A stretch of 64,000 bases of DNA from Phoronis australis (lineage: Eukaryota > Animalia > Phoronida), in contig NMRA01000483.1 of the NCBI GenBank assembly GCA_002633005.1, positions 51,964 to 115,963 on the forward strand, in the 5' to 3' direction. The translations under genes were made by a program, and so were the position numbers. Positions 62,739 through 64,000 of the stretch are shown here, piece by piece (position 1 is the stretch's first letter; each line of letters begins with the position of its first letter). The notes under the pieces were generated by a model. It ran no database searches. It worked only from the letters and a program-made list of their open reading frames with translations, and had not been told where the DNA came from.

Positions 62739-64000
62739 CTGTGGAAGTATAAGATAGGCTGTAAAGATCTTACAAAGTATTTACAAACAACAAAAGAAGG
62801 CTACTATACAACACTCATTGTTTGCATGGTTCAGCTGTTCTTGCCGTCAATCTCGTCGCATGTTTTCATGATGGCCTTTCATTTCAAAATTTTGAATTCT
62901 AGCAATTAATGAGATCATAAAAGTGTGAAACATGGATTGTGTACATCACCACTAACTTAACACGGTTGTTGCTTTGCTGCCGAAACAGATTGTTCTTCAT
63001 TCGGGAATATGCAATAGTGCCTGTAGCTGTGACCGTGACGCCAATAAAATGAGTGTAAGATGGATTCTTCATTATACCATTTTCACATCCGAAGTTTAAA
63101 ACTACAAGTCTTGAAAAAACCTAATGTGTTACATCTTTTGAATTTGATTTGGTGACTGAATCAGTCAAAAAATAAAAAATGTGATTTCCTGGAGTTGCTT
63201 CAGTTTGTTGGTTATGGAAATAAACGTAAAAAGGTTTGCTCACATGAGTTGGGATACTGAAGTCGTACACATGCTATCAGCCCAGCACTGACTACCAAAT
63301 GCGGCTCGCAGTTATGTCAGGCCCTGCCCATGTACAACCAATAACACAACATTTGAAATGGACCACTTACAGATTCATAAACTAAGCTGCAACTTGTTCC
63401 TCACACATCAAGTTGATAATAACTAGGACTTGAGAATAACGGTCAAGTCGTCATTGCTACTGACGACTCAAGATGTACGCGTCTCTAAACATAGGTAGCC
63501 TTATGGGCTAGAAATCGCATCCTCTTCAGTGGTAAACGCACCAAAGAGCCCAATACCAGCTCCATTTCTAGATATATCACAAACACTTTGCTAAAAAAAT
63601 TGCAGTTGCAACATCCAAGATCTGGCAGAGGTAGGTTAGTGTTTTATGCGCTGAAGCTAACTTCTGTTAGCCAGACCTAGAATAGGCTGGTTGTGTACAC
63701 TTAACACAAAACTTAGTTACAACGACCACTGTTAATCAAGTTTGGAATACTGGCAAACAGCAAATTTTCGGCTACTAATTTTCAAAATGACTACAAAGAA
63801 TTTCAGAAGTTTTAGCCCACTTGCTTAACTCCTTTAGTTTGTTAATCTATTACCAGCCTAGAAACCATTTTCGTGAACTGCCATCAGATTTCAGGTGAAA
63901 CACTTATGAGTGAGTTTTCAGACGTATAAAATGACTCATGATTAGCATGTCCTGTACTTCACCTAGATGAATCATCAGTAGTCAACTTACTTAGGCCACC

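Noticed and set aside
63360-63420. Minus-strand GTAAGT donor as an upstream ZRANB1 exon
   Set aside because: No frame yields the expected upstream ZRANB1 sequence (WLFLNAC.GVV.G), so that exon is probably beyond the window.

Overview
Eukaryotic, AT-rich, intron-containing genomic DNA from an invertebrate (GT-AG introns, a USP gene and Academ/ISL2EU/Kolobok/Helentron-type repeats suggest a marine lophotrochozoan or similar; this is inference). Four protein genes could be spliced by hand: two tandem 5-exon METTL27/WBSCR27-like SAM methyltransferases (+; 8147-12702 and 18024-26118), a 4-exon universal stress protein gene (+; 41749-50902), and the 3' seven exons of the OTU deubiquitinase ZRANB1/Trabid (-; 54136-62738, 5' end outside the window). 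There is one intact tRNA-Ile(AAT). The rest is dense with transposon debris: an ISL2EU-like THAP/SWIM remnant, a decayed Academ element, several MITE families, tRNA-derived SINEs, LINE fragments, Helentron-like elements and minisatellites. The most unusual structure is a 1.29-kb foldback element at 5640-6928: ~510-bp inverted arms whose outer ends are themselves hairpins, enclosing a tRNA-like Pol III cassette. Also notable is a mosaic, gene-conversion-like divergence pattern between the two methyltransferase paralogs. All alignments and counts were done by eye; no database searches were run.
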